A stretch of DNA of 64,000 nucleotides, from positions 2,449 to 66,448 of the forward strand of contig JABDDX010000004.1 in NCBI GenBank assembly GCA_013287375.1, in the 5' to 3' direction. Position 1 is the stretch's first letter. Each line of letters starts with the position of its first letter. Positions 43,283 to 52,340 of this stretch are shown piece by piece. The notes beneath the pieces are model-generated. The model did no database searches. It saw only the letters and a list, made by a program, of their open reading frames with translations, and was not told where the DNA came from. The position numbers and the translations under genes were made by a program. Source of the DNA: Bacteroidota bacterium (lineage in GTDB: Bacteria; Bacteroidota; Bacteroidia; Sphingobacteriales; Sphingobacteriaceae).

Positions 43283-43459
43283 CTAATAGTAACGATAGTA
43301 TCTACGGTGATGGCGCCAGTATGCTGTGCGATGATGGTAATGACGGCCATTATGGAAATAAGGGCCTATACCTACTTTAACACGAACTTGCGCATCTGCG
43401 CTGTTTCCAAAAGTGAATGCCATAATTACGGCAAACAACATTAATTTAAGGTACTTCAT
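43283..43459 (-). CDS. Secreted His/Arg/Tyr-rich micropeptide A, 58 aa; not in ORF track
   Basis: MKYLKLMLFAVIMAFTFGNSADA|QVRVKVGIGPYFHNGRHYHHRTAYWRHHRRYYRYY; Sec signal with AxA|Q; A-rich leader. Confidence 0.85.
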   Translation of the reverse strand: MKYLKLMLFAVIMAFTFGNSADAQVRVKVGIGPYFHNGRHYHHRTAYWRHHRRYYRYY

Positions 43460-43494
43460 GATATATGTTTTTTGTGATTGTTAATCAATATTGA

Positions 43495-43653
43495 CTAATA
43501 TCTGTGGTAACGGTGATGCCAGTGACGGTGATGCCAGTGACGGTGATGATAACCCGGGCCGCCAACACGCGCCCTTACTACAATTTGCGCTTGCGCGCTT
43601 GCAAATGTGAATGCCATAATTAAGGCAAGCAACATTAATTTAAGATACTTCAT
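43495..43653 (-). CDS. Secreted His/Arg/Trp-rich micropeptide B, 52 aa; not in ORF track
   Basis: MKYLKLMLLALIMAFTFASAQA|QIVVRARVGGPGYHHRHWHHRHWHHRYHRY; paralog of A; 15-nt tandem repeat encodes HHRHW. Confidence 0.85.
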   Translation of the reverse strand: MKYLKLMLLALIMAFTFASAQAQIVVRARVGGPGYHHRHWHHRHWHHRYHRY

Positions 43654-43698
43654 AATTTGTGGTTTTTTTATAGATAAATGTATTTGTATTACTAACTA

Positions 43699-43824
43699 TT
43701 AATGATTCATGTCATGATCGTGGTCATGCATGTGATGGTGACGTTCCCGATATTCTACCGAGCAACTTGAAATGGCTGAAGCAAATATCAACAGCGCAAT
43801 CATTCTTGTTATGTACTTTTTCAT
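43699..43824 (-). CDS. His/Met/Asp-rich micro-lipoprotein C, 41 aa; not in ORF track
   Basis: MKKYITRMIALLIFASAISS|CSVEYRERHHHMHDHDHDMNH; lipobox-like ISSC. Confidence 0.8.
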   Translation of the reverse strand: MKKYITRMIALLIFASAISSCSVEYRERHHHMHDHDHDMNH

Positions 43825-43858
43825 GGTATGTGGTTTTTTACCGGGGTATCATAACATA

Positions 43859-43931
43859 AACCATGCAATTGTCAAATTGTTTCTTATAATCACAATTAGG
43901 TTATTTGAAACATTATTGCAAACTTTATGTT
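43859..43931. promoter_or_regulatory. Putative back-to-back ECF-sigma-type promoters
   Basis: GAAAC-N16-GGTT on the minus strand (43883-43859) and GAAAC-N16-TGTT on the plus strand (43907-43931). Confidence 0.45.
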
Positions 43932-43972
43932 AAAAATTTACATACCAACACCATCACATTAATCTTAAGAAA

Positions 43973-44605
43973 ATGAGAAAATTATTTTTTGCACTTACTT
44001 TTCTGTGTAGTGTACTCGTTTTTAAACAAACCGATGCACAGTTAAGCATTAGCTTTAACATTAGCAGCCAACCAAAATGGGGGCCTGTTGGCTACAATTA
44101 TGTTCAATATTACTATTTGCCTGATATTGATTGTTACTACTATGTACCTGCAAAGCAGTTTGTTTATTTAAGCGGTGGCGAATGGATACATTCAGTATTA
44201 TTGCCGCCGATGTATCGCAACTACAATCTTTATAACGGATATAAAGTGGTTATCAATGAGCCTCACCCATATTTAAATCACAGCTATTATCATAATCGGT
44301 ATGCTAGTTACCGTGGCCGCATAGGGCAATCTATTATTCGTGATAGCCGCGACCCCAGATACAGACCGGGATACCGCCCGGGAAATAACCGCCCGCCGGT
44401 TAAACCTAAGCCACCAGGCAATGGCGGTATACCAACCCGCCCGGGCAATGGCAACAAACCTGGGCAACCAGGTGGTGGTGGCCGGCCTCAGCCCGGCAAT
44501 GGCGGGGTACCAACCCGCCCGGGTAATACTGGAAAACCTACTGCTAAACCCAACAATGGTGGAGGTCGCCCACAACAAAAGCAAGGCGATAATAGTGGCA
44601 AATAA
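43973..44605 (+). CDS. Secreted Tyr-rich protein with a Pro/Gly/Asn-rich repetitive tail
   Basis: Signal peptide ending TDA|Q; QPKWGPVGY..YYYLPDI; 78-nt direct repeat at 44417 and 44495 (PGNGG.PTRPGN). Confidence 0.85.
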   Translation: MRKLFFALTFLCSVLVFKQTDAQLSISFNISSQPKWGPVGYNYVQYYYLPDIDCYYYVPAKQFVYLSGGEWIHSVLLPPMYRNYNLYNGYKVVINEPHPYLNHSYYHNRYASYRGRIGQSIIRDSRDPRYRPGYRPGNNRPPVKPKPPGNGGIPTRPGNGNKPGQPGGGGRPQPGNGGVPTRPGNTGKPTAKPNNGGGRPQQKQGDNSGK

Positions 44606-44615
44606 GCTATTCAAC

Positions 44616-44658
44616 ATAAAAAAGTCCCATTCAACATAATTGAATGGGACTTTTTTAT
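44616..44658. terminator. Bidirectional intrinsic terminator
   Basis: ATAAAAAAGTCCCATTCAA / TTGAATGGGACTTTTTTAT between convergent genes. Confidence 0.9.
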
Positions 44659-44679
44659 GTTATTCGATATATGGTGCAT

Positions 44680-45537
44680 CTACACTACTCCTGCTAAGTT
44701 ATCACACATAGCGGCCTCCCAGCCAATAATTGCCGATTTTCGGGTACTGCCCCAATGGTATTGGCCGGTTTCGCCTGAAGAACGAATAACCCGGTGACAA
44801 GGGATTAAAAATGCAACAGGGTTTGCTCCTATCGCGCTACCTACCGCCCTGTTAGCCTGTGGAGAGTTGATTTGCTGCGCGATGTTTGCATAAGTGTGCA
44901 ATCCTCCCATCGGGATTTTGAGTAATGCTTCCCAAACTTTGAGTTGAAAACTGGTACCTTTTAAATGCAGTTTTATTTCGGACAACTGCTTCCAGTCTTT
45001 CCTGAAAATAAACAATGCGTTTTGCTGCGCGGCGTCTGCAAACTGATTGTAAACAGCATTAGGAAATTGTGCTTTCAATTCAGCAAAAGCTAAATCTGCA
45101 TCATCGGCAAATGCAATGTAACATACTCCTTTAGTCGTCGATGCTACAATCAGATTTCCGAATGGGCTCTCGGCAAAACTATAATTAATATTTAGCGCCG
45201 CTCCACCATTTTTATACTCGGCAGGTGTCATCCCTTCTATATTCACAAACAAATCATGCAAACGCCCCGTACCCGACAGGCCAGTTTCGTAGGCAGTATC
45301 AAATAAAGTGGCGCTTTTTTCTTTAAGCATGTTTTTCGCGTACTCAAGGCTCAGATACTGTAAAAACTTTTTGGGGCTTATACCCGCCCAATCAGTAAAC
45401 AAACGCTGAAAATGGAATGGGCTCAGGTTTATTTTTGCGGCAACCTCATCCAAATTTGGTTGTCCCTTAAAATTTAGCTTAATATAGTCTATCGCTTCGG
45501 CTATGCGTTCGTAGTTTATTTGTTCCTGCGTTTTCAT
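44680..45537 (-). CDS. ada: Ada-like AraC-HTH / methylated-DNA-protein-cysteine methyltransferase
   Basis: LSPFHFQRLF HTH; RAVGSAIGANP..IPCHRV. Confidence 0.9.
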   Translation of the reverse strand: MKTQEQINYERIAEAIDYIKLNFKGQPNLDEVAAKINLSPFHFQRLFTDWAGISPKKFLQYLSLEYAKNMLKEKSATLFDTAYETGLSGTGRLHDLFVNIEGMTPAEYKNGGAALNINYSFAESPFGNLIVASTTKGVCYIAFADDADLAFAELKAQFPNAVYNQFADAAQQNALFIFRKDWKQLSEIKLHLKGTSFQLKVWEALLKIPMGGLHTYANIAQQINSPQANRAVGSAIGANPVAFLIPCHRVIRSSGETGQYHWGSTRKSAIIGWEAAMCDNLAGVV

Positions 45538-45682
45538 ATCTATCTTTATTTTCTAAACAAATTTACCATCTTACCAGCGGTGTTAAAACCCGGAACTTGC
45601 TAAGTTATCAATCGATAAATATAGTTTTTAGAATCCCAAACTCAACTTAATAATTATCTTTGCTGAACTTAAAACTACATTT

Positions 45683-46312
45683 ATGAAAAAACTTTTTACC
45701 ACCCTGGCTATCGTTTTAGGTTGCTATAGCCTAACCTTCGCACAACAAAAAGGCAGTGTTGAATTTGGCGCTAATGTTGGCTACAACAACTCTTATGTAA
45801 ACGAAACATACTCCAACCAAAGCAGCGACCTTATTGGCGGGCTTAATACAGGTTTATTTGTAGATTCCTATTTTTCAAGCGACTGGAGCTTAAAAGTAGA
45901 AGTAAATTACGACCAAAAAGGCTGGGGAAATGGCTTTTATACCGACCAAAACGGAAACACCTATGATGGCGTTAATTTCAGGCTAAATTATATTACTATA
46001 CCTGTGCTGGCAAGCTGGCACTTTGGTTATACCCGAAACTGGTATGTACATTTTGGCCCTTACATCGGCATATTAACCGGTGCTAAAGAAACTACCGACG
46101 ACATTGATGTAAAACCAATTTTTAATACAGTAGATGCAGGTCTTGATGTGGGACTTGGTGTAAAAATCCCAATTTCCAACAAATCCAGAATATTTTTTGA
46201 ATATGATGGTCAAGCTGGCCTGACTGATATATTTAAGGACAATGGCGGTTACTCTTCAGTACAAACCCTGCGTTCAAGCATTAATGCGGGGATCAGTTTT
46301 TCAGTACATTAA
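45683..46312 (+). CDS. Outer-membrane beta-barrel (porin/PorT-like) protein
   Basis: Signal peptide TFA|Q; YDQKG, LNYITIPVL; aromatic C-terminal strand. Confidence 0.8.
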   Translation: MKKLFTTLAIVLGCYSLTFAQQKGSVEFGANVGYNNSYVNETYSNQSSDLIGGLNTGLFVDSYFSSDWSLKVEVNYDQKGWGNGFYTDQNGNTYDGVNFRLNYITIPVLASWHFGYTRNWYVHFGPYIGILTGAKETTDDIDVKPIFNTVDAGLDVGLGVKIPISNKSRIFFEYDGQAGLTDIFKDNGGYSSVQTLRSSINAGISFSVH

Positions 46313-46332
46313 TCTGTTTGGCTACAATCATT

Positions 46333-46366
46333 AAAAGGTTCGTGTATAGTGCACGAACCTTTTTTT
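46333..46366 (+). terminator. Intrinsic terminator
   Basis: AAAAGGTTCGTG / CACGAACCTTTTTTT. Confidence 0.85.
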
Positions 46367-46424
46367 ATTTGATAAAATTGAGAAATTAGAAATCCAAAAT
46401 CCTCAAAAAAAGCTATCTTTGCCC

Positions 46425-47954
46425 ATGCAAGAAAAAATCCTTATTCTTGACTTCGGCTCACAGTTCACTCAACTGATAGCTCGCCGTGTCAGGGAACTCA
46501 ATATCTACTGTGAGATTTACCCCTTCAATCACTTTCCTGAAATTGACAGCACTGTAAAAGGCATCATACTTTCAGGCAGTCCGTATTCTGTACGCCAGGA
46601 AGATGCGCCAAACTTCGATTTCAAAAAATTCCATAATCAATTGCCACTATTAGGCGTTTGCTACGGAGCGCAACACATTGCCCACAACAATGGCGGCGAG
46701 GTAATGAAATCAAGCACCCGCGAGTATGGACGCGCTAACTTGCAGTACATTGATAAAGCTAATAAGCTATTTAAAGATATTCCATTAGAATCACAGGTTT
46801 GGATGTCGCATGCGGATACTATTGCTCGCATTGCGGATAACTTCCATATCATAGCCAGTACCGAGTCTGTAAAAGTAGCAGCCTACCAAATTACAGGCAC
46901 GCAAACTTATGGCATACAATTCCACCCGGAAGTAACCCATAGTATTGATGGCAAGCAATTGCTCCAAAACTTTTTGGTTGACATATGCGGATGCTCACAG
47001 GATTGGACACCTGATTCTTTCATCGAAACTACTATTGCTGCCTTGCAGGAAAAACTAGGCGATGATAAAGTAGTTCTAGGTTTATCAGGTGGTGTGGATT
47101 CATCGGTTGCCGCGGTATTATTGCATCAGGCCATCGGCAAAAACCTGCATTGTATATTTGTTGATAACGGCTTATTGCGTAAGGATGAATACCAATCTGT
47201 ATTGGATTCATACCAGCACATGGGCCTTAATATAAAAGGTGTTGACGCCAAGCAGCGTTTTTATGACGCCCTTGCGGGAATATCTGATCCGGAGAAAAAA
47301 CGTAAAGCCATCGGCCGTGTATTCATCGAAGTTTTTGATGATGAAGCACACAAAGTAACCGATGTAAAATGGTTAGGTCAGGGTACTATTTACCCGGATA
47401 TTATTGAATCAGTATCCGTAAAAGGCCCGTCAGCTACCATCAAATCGCACCATAACGTAGGTGGATTGCCTGACTTCATGAAACTTAAAGTAGTTGAACC
47501 ATTAAATACTTTATTTAAAGACGAAGTACGCCGCGTTGGTAAAGCTTTAGGTATCGATCCAAACATATTAGGCCGCCATCCTTTCCCGGGGCCGGGCTTG
47601 GCTATCAGGATTTTGGGTGATGTTACCCCTGAGAAAGTTCAGATATTACAGGAAGCAGATGCGATTTATATCAACAATTTGCGGTCATACGGTGTTTATG
47701 ATAAAGTTTGGCAGGCCGGCGCGATATTTTTGCCCGTACAATCAGTAGGAGTTATGGGCGATGAGCGCACCTACGAAAATGTAATTTGCCTGCGCGCGGT
47801 AGAATCATTAGACGGAATGACAGCAGATTGGTGCCATTTACCTTATGATTTACTGGCTAAAATATCAAACGACATTATAAATAACGTAAAAGGTATTAAC
47901 CGGGTAGTATATGACATCAGTTCGAAACCGCCTGCTACCATTGAGTGGGAATAG
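46425..47954 (+). CDS. guaA: GMP synthase (glutamine-hydrolysing)
   Basis: [34 protein letters not shown]; ATG at 46425. Confidence 0.98.
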   Translation: MQEKILILDFGSQFTQLIARRVRELNIYCEIYPFNHFPEIDSTVKGIILSGSPYSVRQEDAPNFDFKKFHNQLPLLGVCYGAQHIAHNNGGEVMKSSTREYGRANLQYIDKANKLFKDIPLESQVWMSHADTIARIADNFHIIASTESVKVAAYQITGTQTYGIQFHPEVTHSIDGKQLLQNFLVDICGCSQDWTPDSFIETTIAALQEKLGDDKVVLGLSGGVDSSVAAVLLHQAIGKNLHCIFVDNGLLRKDEYQSVLDSYQHMGLNIKGVDAKQRFYDALAGISDPEKKRKAIGRVFIEVFDDEAHKVTDVKWLGQGTIYPDIIESVSVKGPSATIKSHHNVGGLPDFMKLKVVEPLNTLFKDEVRRVGKALGIDPNILGRHPFPGPGLAIRILGDVTPEKVQILQEADAIYINNLRSYGVYDKVWQAGAIFLPVQSVGVMGDERTYENVICLRAVESLDGMTADWCHLPYDLLAKISNDIINNVKGINRVVYDISSKPPATIEWE

Positions 47955-49149
47955 GTGGTTAATAGGTTTATTTACAGTATTGACCATCGGGGCGTGTTCA
48001 CCCAAAGTACGCCGGGTACCCAATCCTGTAAATAAACCTGCTGAAAGTCCAGCGCCGCTGCCGGCACCCAAGCCAGTTGTGCCGCCTGCCCCTAAAGTTT
48101 CAGTCATCTCGTTAATACTGCCTTTCAATCTGGATCATATTGGCCCGGGGCTATCTTATACGCCTACTACTTTAAAGGAGGCACGCATTGCGGCAGATTA
48201 TTACCGTGGCTTTAAATCAGCTTTAGATTCGCTTACCTTTTACGGTTATAATTATAAATTGCAGTTATTCGATTCAAGAGATAATGGATCACAGGTTCAT
48301 AGCCTTGCTTATAACCCTAAAATACGTGCAAGCGATTTAATAGTTGGCCCTGTTTTTCCTGAAGATATAAAAGTATTTACATCCGTATTAACCAGCGCGC
48401 GTAAACCTATCGTATCGCCCTTATCGCCGGAGTCGCCATCTACCTTCAAAAATCAAAACCTGGTTACCGTAAATCCGCCGCTTGATTACCATGCGTGGAC
48501 TACCGCCAGGTATATCAATGACCATATAAAACCGCAAAAAGTATTCATTCTTGCCTCTGGCTTTAGCGATGATAATAAATACATCGTCCCCTTTAAAAAA
48601 GCGCTCGACAGCCTGAGCGGCAAGCATATTAAAATAGTAACCATCACTATTGTGCGTGGGAAATTAAATGCTTTGCTGCCCCAGTTAGCAAAAGATAAGC
48701 AAAACATATTTGTGGTACCGTCCACTGATCAGGCCTTTTTAACAATTACGCTACATTCGCTTGATACATTGAACAACCACTACCCGGTTACGTTATTCGG
48801 CCACCCAAACTGGGAACATTTTGTTTTTTTAAAGGCGAAGCAGTTACAACGCCTAAGAACACACATCACTTCGGCGGATAACGTGGATTATCGATCGGCG
48901 GAAACCATTAATTTTATACGCAGCTACCGCAATACCTGGCATACCGAACCTTCTGTTTATGCATTAAAAGGTTTTGACGAAGGTTTATATTTTGGTAGAT
49001 TACTTGCTGAAAACAGTTTAAAAAACATGGCAGATTTTAATGGTTTACATAACAGCTTTCATTTTCAAAAAATAACAGGAATGGGCTGGGTAAACACGCA
49101 TGTAAAACTGCTAATGTATAGTAATTTTGAGCTTAAAAAGGTAGAATGA
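47911..49149 (+). CDS. Lipoprotein, probably with a type-1 periplasmic-binding-protein fold
   Basis: Lipobox IGAC, Pro-rich linker, LILPF..DYYRGF..A.DSL, DLIVGPV; 5' end overlaps guaA. Confidence 0.7.
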   Translation: MTSVRNRLLPLSGNRWLIGLFTVLTIGACSPKVRRVPNPVNKPAESPAPLPAPKPVVPPAPKVSVISLILPFNLDHIGPGLSYTPTTLKEARIAADYYRGFKSALDSLTFYGYNYKLQLFDSRDNGSQVHSLAYNPKIRASDLIVGPVFPEDIKVFTSVLTSARKPIVSPLSPESPSTFKNQNLVTVNPPLDYHAWTTARYINDHIKPQKVFILASGFSDDNKYIVPFKKALDSLSGKHIKIVTITIVRGKLNALLPQLAKDKQNIFVVPSTDQAFLTITLHSLDTLNNHYPVTLFGHPNWEHFVFLKAKQLQRLRTHITSADNVDYRSAETINFIRSYRNTWHTEPSVYALKGFDEGLYFGRLLAENSLKNMADFNGLHNSFHFQKITGMGWVNTHVKLLMYSNFELKKVE

Positions 49150-50309
49150 AGGCAATAAACCAGTTAAAGACGTTTCATCGATTATTAGAAAAATACCCGG
49201 CAGAAACGCCTTTAAGTAAATTTTTACCCGGTTTTTATCGCCAAAACAAACAAATGGGCTCCACCGACCGCAAGGTTGCCAGCAGGTTGATCTATAATTA
49301 CTTTCGTTTAGGTGCAGCTTTGCCTAATCTGCCGTCTGAAGATCGCCTGGTAGTTGCTGAGTTTTTATGCAATAGCCAGGTAAACTCTTTTCTTCAACAT
49401 TTTAAACCCGAATGGGCCGTCTGTGTAGGTTTTACTTTGGATGAAAAGCTGGCGCTGGTAAAAACAGTTTATAAAGATTTTTATTTAGCCGATGTTTTTC
49501 CATGGGCTGATCAAATATCCGAAGGGATTAATAAAGAAGCTTTCCTAAAATCATTCTTTGTCCAACCCGATCTTTTTATACACGTACACAACGGTTATGA
49601 CCACCTGGTTAAAGCCGAGTTAAATAAAGCAGAGGTTGCGTTTAAAGATGAAGGTAATGGTTGCTTCGCTTTGCCAAATGGTACACGATTGGAAACCATC
49701 TTCCCTACCCAACATTGGTTCGAGGTGCAAGATTATTCATCGCAGCAAACAGCCAACTATTTCAAACCCAATAAATGGGACCAATGGTGGGATGCCTGCG
49801 CGGCATCAGGTGGTAAATCATTATTGCTGCATGAGATGGAACCCGATATTAAATTGGTAGTATCCGATATCCGCGAATCCATCTTAGCCAACCTCGACGA
49901 ACGTTTCCAGCAGGCAGGCCTCCGGAAATACCAAAAGAAACTACTCGACCTCACCCAAAATCCCGACCAGGAAATGCATGATTATGCCTTTGATGGTATC
50001 ATCTTGGATGCCCCCTGCTCCGGCTCAGGTACCTGGGGTAGAACACCAGAAATGATCGCGCAATTTCATCCCTCCAAAATAGAATTTTTTCAGCGTTTGC
50101 AAAAAAGTATAGCAAGCAATGTGGCTAAGTTCATCAAAGCCGGTAAACCCATTATTTACATCACCTGCTCTGCTTTTAAAGGTGAGAATGAGGATGTGGT
50201 TAACTTTTTAGTAAAAGAGTTAGGGTTGAAACTGGAAGAACAAACCGTACTAACAGGCTATGGTAATAAGGCTGATACGATGTTTGTAGCTAGATTAATA
50301 GGAGCATAA
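49146..50309 (+). CDS. RsmB/NOP2-family RNA m5C methyltransferase
   Basis: EVQD.SSQ, DACAASGGKS, LDAPCSGSG, YITCS. Confidence 0.92.
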   Translation: MKAINQLKTFHRLLEKYPAETPLSKFLPGFYRQNKQMGSTDRKVASRLIYNYFRLGAALPNLPSEDRLVVAEFLCNSQVNSFLQHFKPEWAVCVGFTLDEKLALVKTVYKDFYLADVFPWADQISEGINKEAFLKSFFVQPDLFIHVHNGYDHLVKAELNKAEVAFKDEGNGCFALPNGTRLETIFPTQHWFEVQDYSSQQTANYFKPNKWDQWWDACAASGGKSLLLHEMEPDIKLVVSDIRESILANLDERFQQAGLRKYQKKLLDLTQNPDQEMHDYAFDGIILDAPCSGSGTWGRTPEMIAQFHPSKIEFFQRLQKSIASNVAKFIKAGKPIIYITCSAFKGENEDVVNFLVKELGLKLEEQTVLTGYGNKADTMFVARLIGA

Positions 50310-50427
50310 TTGTCTCTTGGGAGTTCGAGTCTCTCTTCGGGCACACAATAAAATACTATATACTTCCCTAATCGCATTACACTTCAATCAGGTGCAATTT
50401 GTCATCTCTGCCTAATAATTTCTATTA

Positions 50428-50478
50428 TTGGAATGATCGTTCCTAAATGAATATATATTTGCGGAACGATTATTCCAA
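50428..50478 (+). promoter_or_regulatory. Paired TetR-type operators flanking a -7 box
   Basis: GGAATGATCGTTCC (50430-43), TATATTTG (50454-61), GGAACGATTATTCC (50463-76). Confidence 0.7.
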
Positions 50479-50504
50479 ATATAAAAAGTAATCATCACAC
50501 AACA

Positions 50505-51254
50505 ATGAAAAAATTAGAAAATAAAGTAGCCGTTGTAACAGGAGCATCAAAAGGTATTGGTGCTGGTATTGCCAAACATTTGGCAGCAGCAGGTGCAAGC
50601 GTGGTTGTAAATTATGCTTCGGCTAAAGAAGGTGCGGATAAAGTAGTTGCTGAAATAACAGCCAAAGGCGGAAAAGCCATAGCAGTACAAGGCAATGTGT
50701 CTAACGAAGCTGACATCACCCGCTTATTTGAAGAAACTAAAAAAGCATTTGGGGCAGTTGACATATTAGTGAACAACGCAGGTGTTTACAAATTTGGCGG
50801 CATTGAAGAAATTAGCGCAGCCGATTTCCACACTCAGTTTAATACAAATGTACTTGGCCTATTATTAACCACACAAGGAGCAGTTAAAAACTTTAACGAA
50901 ACGGGCGGTAGCATTATCAATATTGGCTCAGTAGTTAGCAATATCGCGCCTCCGGGCAGTTCAATTTACACCGCGACAAAAGGCGCTGTTGATGCCATCA
51001 CTCATGTATTGGCAAAAGAACTCGGTGGTAAAAAAATACGTGTAAACTCCATTAACCCGGGTATGGTTGAAACTGAAGGTACGCATACAGCAGGTTTTAT
51101 TGGCAGCGACTTTGAAAAAGAGCAATCGCGCACTGCACCACTTGGCCGTATCGGACAGCCTGATGATATCGCTGATGTTGCGGTATTCCTTGCATCCGAA
51201 GATTCCCGTTGGTTAACTGGCGAGATATTACTTGCAGGTGGCGGCGTAAGGTAA
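50505..51254 (+). CDS. Short-chain dehydrogenase/reductase
   Basis: TGASKGIG, NNAG, YTATK. Confidence 0.95.
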   Translation: MKKLENKVAVVTGASKGIGAGIAKHLAAAGASVVVNYASAKEGADKVVAEITAKGGKAIAVQGNVSNEADITRLFEETKKAFGAVDILVNNAGVYKFGGIEEISAADFHTQFNTNVLGLLLTTQGAVKNFNETGGSIINIGSVVSNIAPPGSSIYTATKGAVDAITHVLAKELGGKKIRVNSINPGMVETEGTHTAGFIGSDFEKEQSRTAPLGRIGQPDDIADVAVFLASEDSRWLTGEILLAGGGVR

Positions 51255-51324
51255 TACCGCTGCTTTAGCAGAAAATAATTTAAAATGAATAGCTTTGCCT
51301 TTACAAGCAGAGCTATTCCCCGTT

Positions 51325-51906
51325 ATGGCAAGAACTAAAGATTTTGATGAGAACGAAGTGCTGGCTAAGGCTATACAAATTTTTTGGCACAAGGGCTACA
51401 ATGGTACGTCCATGCAGGATTTGGTAGATGGCTTGGGTATCAGTCGCTCAAGTTTGTACGATACCTATACAGATAAACACACCCTGTTTGTTAAAGCATT
51501 GGAAAGCTACCAAAATTCAGGTGCAGGTAAAATCCAGGAACTCATCAATAATACAGGATCAGCAAAAGATACCGTAAAAAAACTACTGGAATTTGTTACC
51601 GATGAATTGCTTGGCGATAAACAGCAAAAGGGCTGTTTTATGGTTAATGCCGAAGTTGAAGTAGCCCCCCACGATGCCGAAATAAATAACCTGGTTTGCA
51701 AAAACGACCAGCAGATGGAAGAGGCCTTTTACCAGGTGATCAAAAAGGGTAAGGAAAGCGGCGAGATCAAAAACCAACAGGATGCCCGGGCACTCTCTCG
51801 TTTTATCTTCAATACGGTTAAAGGCATACGTGTAACGGCTAAGTCAACTACCGATAAATCTGTTTTTGATGATATTATTAGGTTGACTGTGGCTGTGTTG
51901 GATTAG
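51325..51906 (+). CDS. TetR/AcrR-family regulator
   Basis: MARTKDFD..., GISRSSLY, GCFMVN; own -7 box TAGCTTTG at 51290-51297. Confidence 0.93.
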   Translation: MARTKDFDENEVLAKAIQIFWHKGYNGTSMQDLVDGLGISRSSLYDTYTDKHTLFVKALESYQNSGAGKIQELINNTGSAKDTVKKLLEFVTDELLGDKQQKGCFMVNAEVEVAPHDAEINNLVCKNDQQMEEAFYQVIKKGKESGEIKNQQDARALSRFIFNTVKGIRVTAKSTTDKSVFDDIIRLTVAVLD

Positions 51907-51950
51907 ATTCGACGTGCGAAAATATTTCGCCGATTATTATTAATCATTTT

Positions 51951-52292
51951 TCAAAAAGCTCTCCAATAAGTTAATATTCTTTTATCGAACTTACCGTTAT
52001 TTAATTTTTTGAAATAATAGGCATGGGACTCATAACTGCGTTTTACAATTGAGTCACCAATTTTTACAGAATCAAAATTTATACCTTCCCACTTCCCTGT
52101 TGGAAAAACTTCACTATTTCCTTTTATCAATAAATCGTTCATCTTCTTAGGGGGAATTTGTTGCTTTTCAACAACAACACCATTCCATTCTTCGAAATAA
52201 TGAAGCCTAATTTCCCAAAACTCTATATATGACATAAATAGAATAATGCCTATTACTATAATATTGACTTTAGGGTTAGATGAAAATTTCAT
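51951..52292 (-). CDS. Hypothetical membrane-anchored protein, AT-rich gene
   Basis: N-terminal TM; ..IGDSIVK.. motif. Confidence 0.6.
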   Translation of the reverse strand: MKFSSNPKVNIIVIGIILFMSYIEFWEIRLHYFEEWNGVVVEKQQIPPKKMNDLLIKGNSEVFPTGKWEGINFDSVKIGDSIVKRSYESHAYYFKKLNNGKFDKRILTYWRAF

Positions 52293-52340
52293 TTAGTGAG
52301 AACTCTATTTACATAAAGAATTCTATTATAAAGTTAGCTA

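Noticed and set aside
43262-43444. Plus-strand 60-aa ORF in the track
   Set aside because: It is the antisense shadow of micropeptide A, which has a signal peptide, a paralog and a terminator
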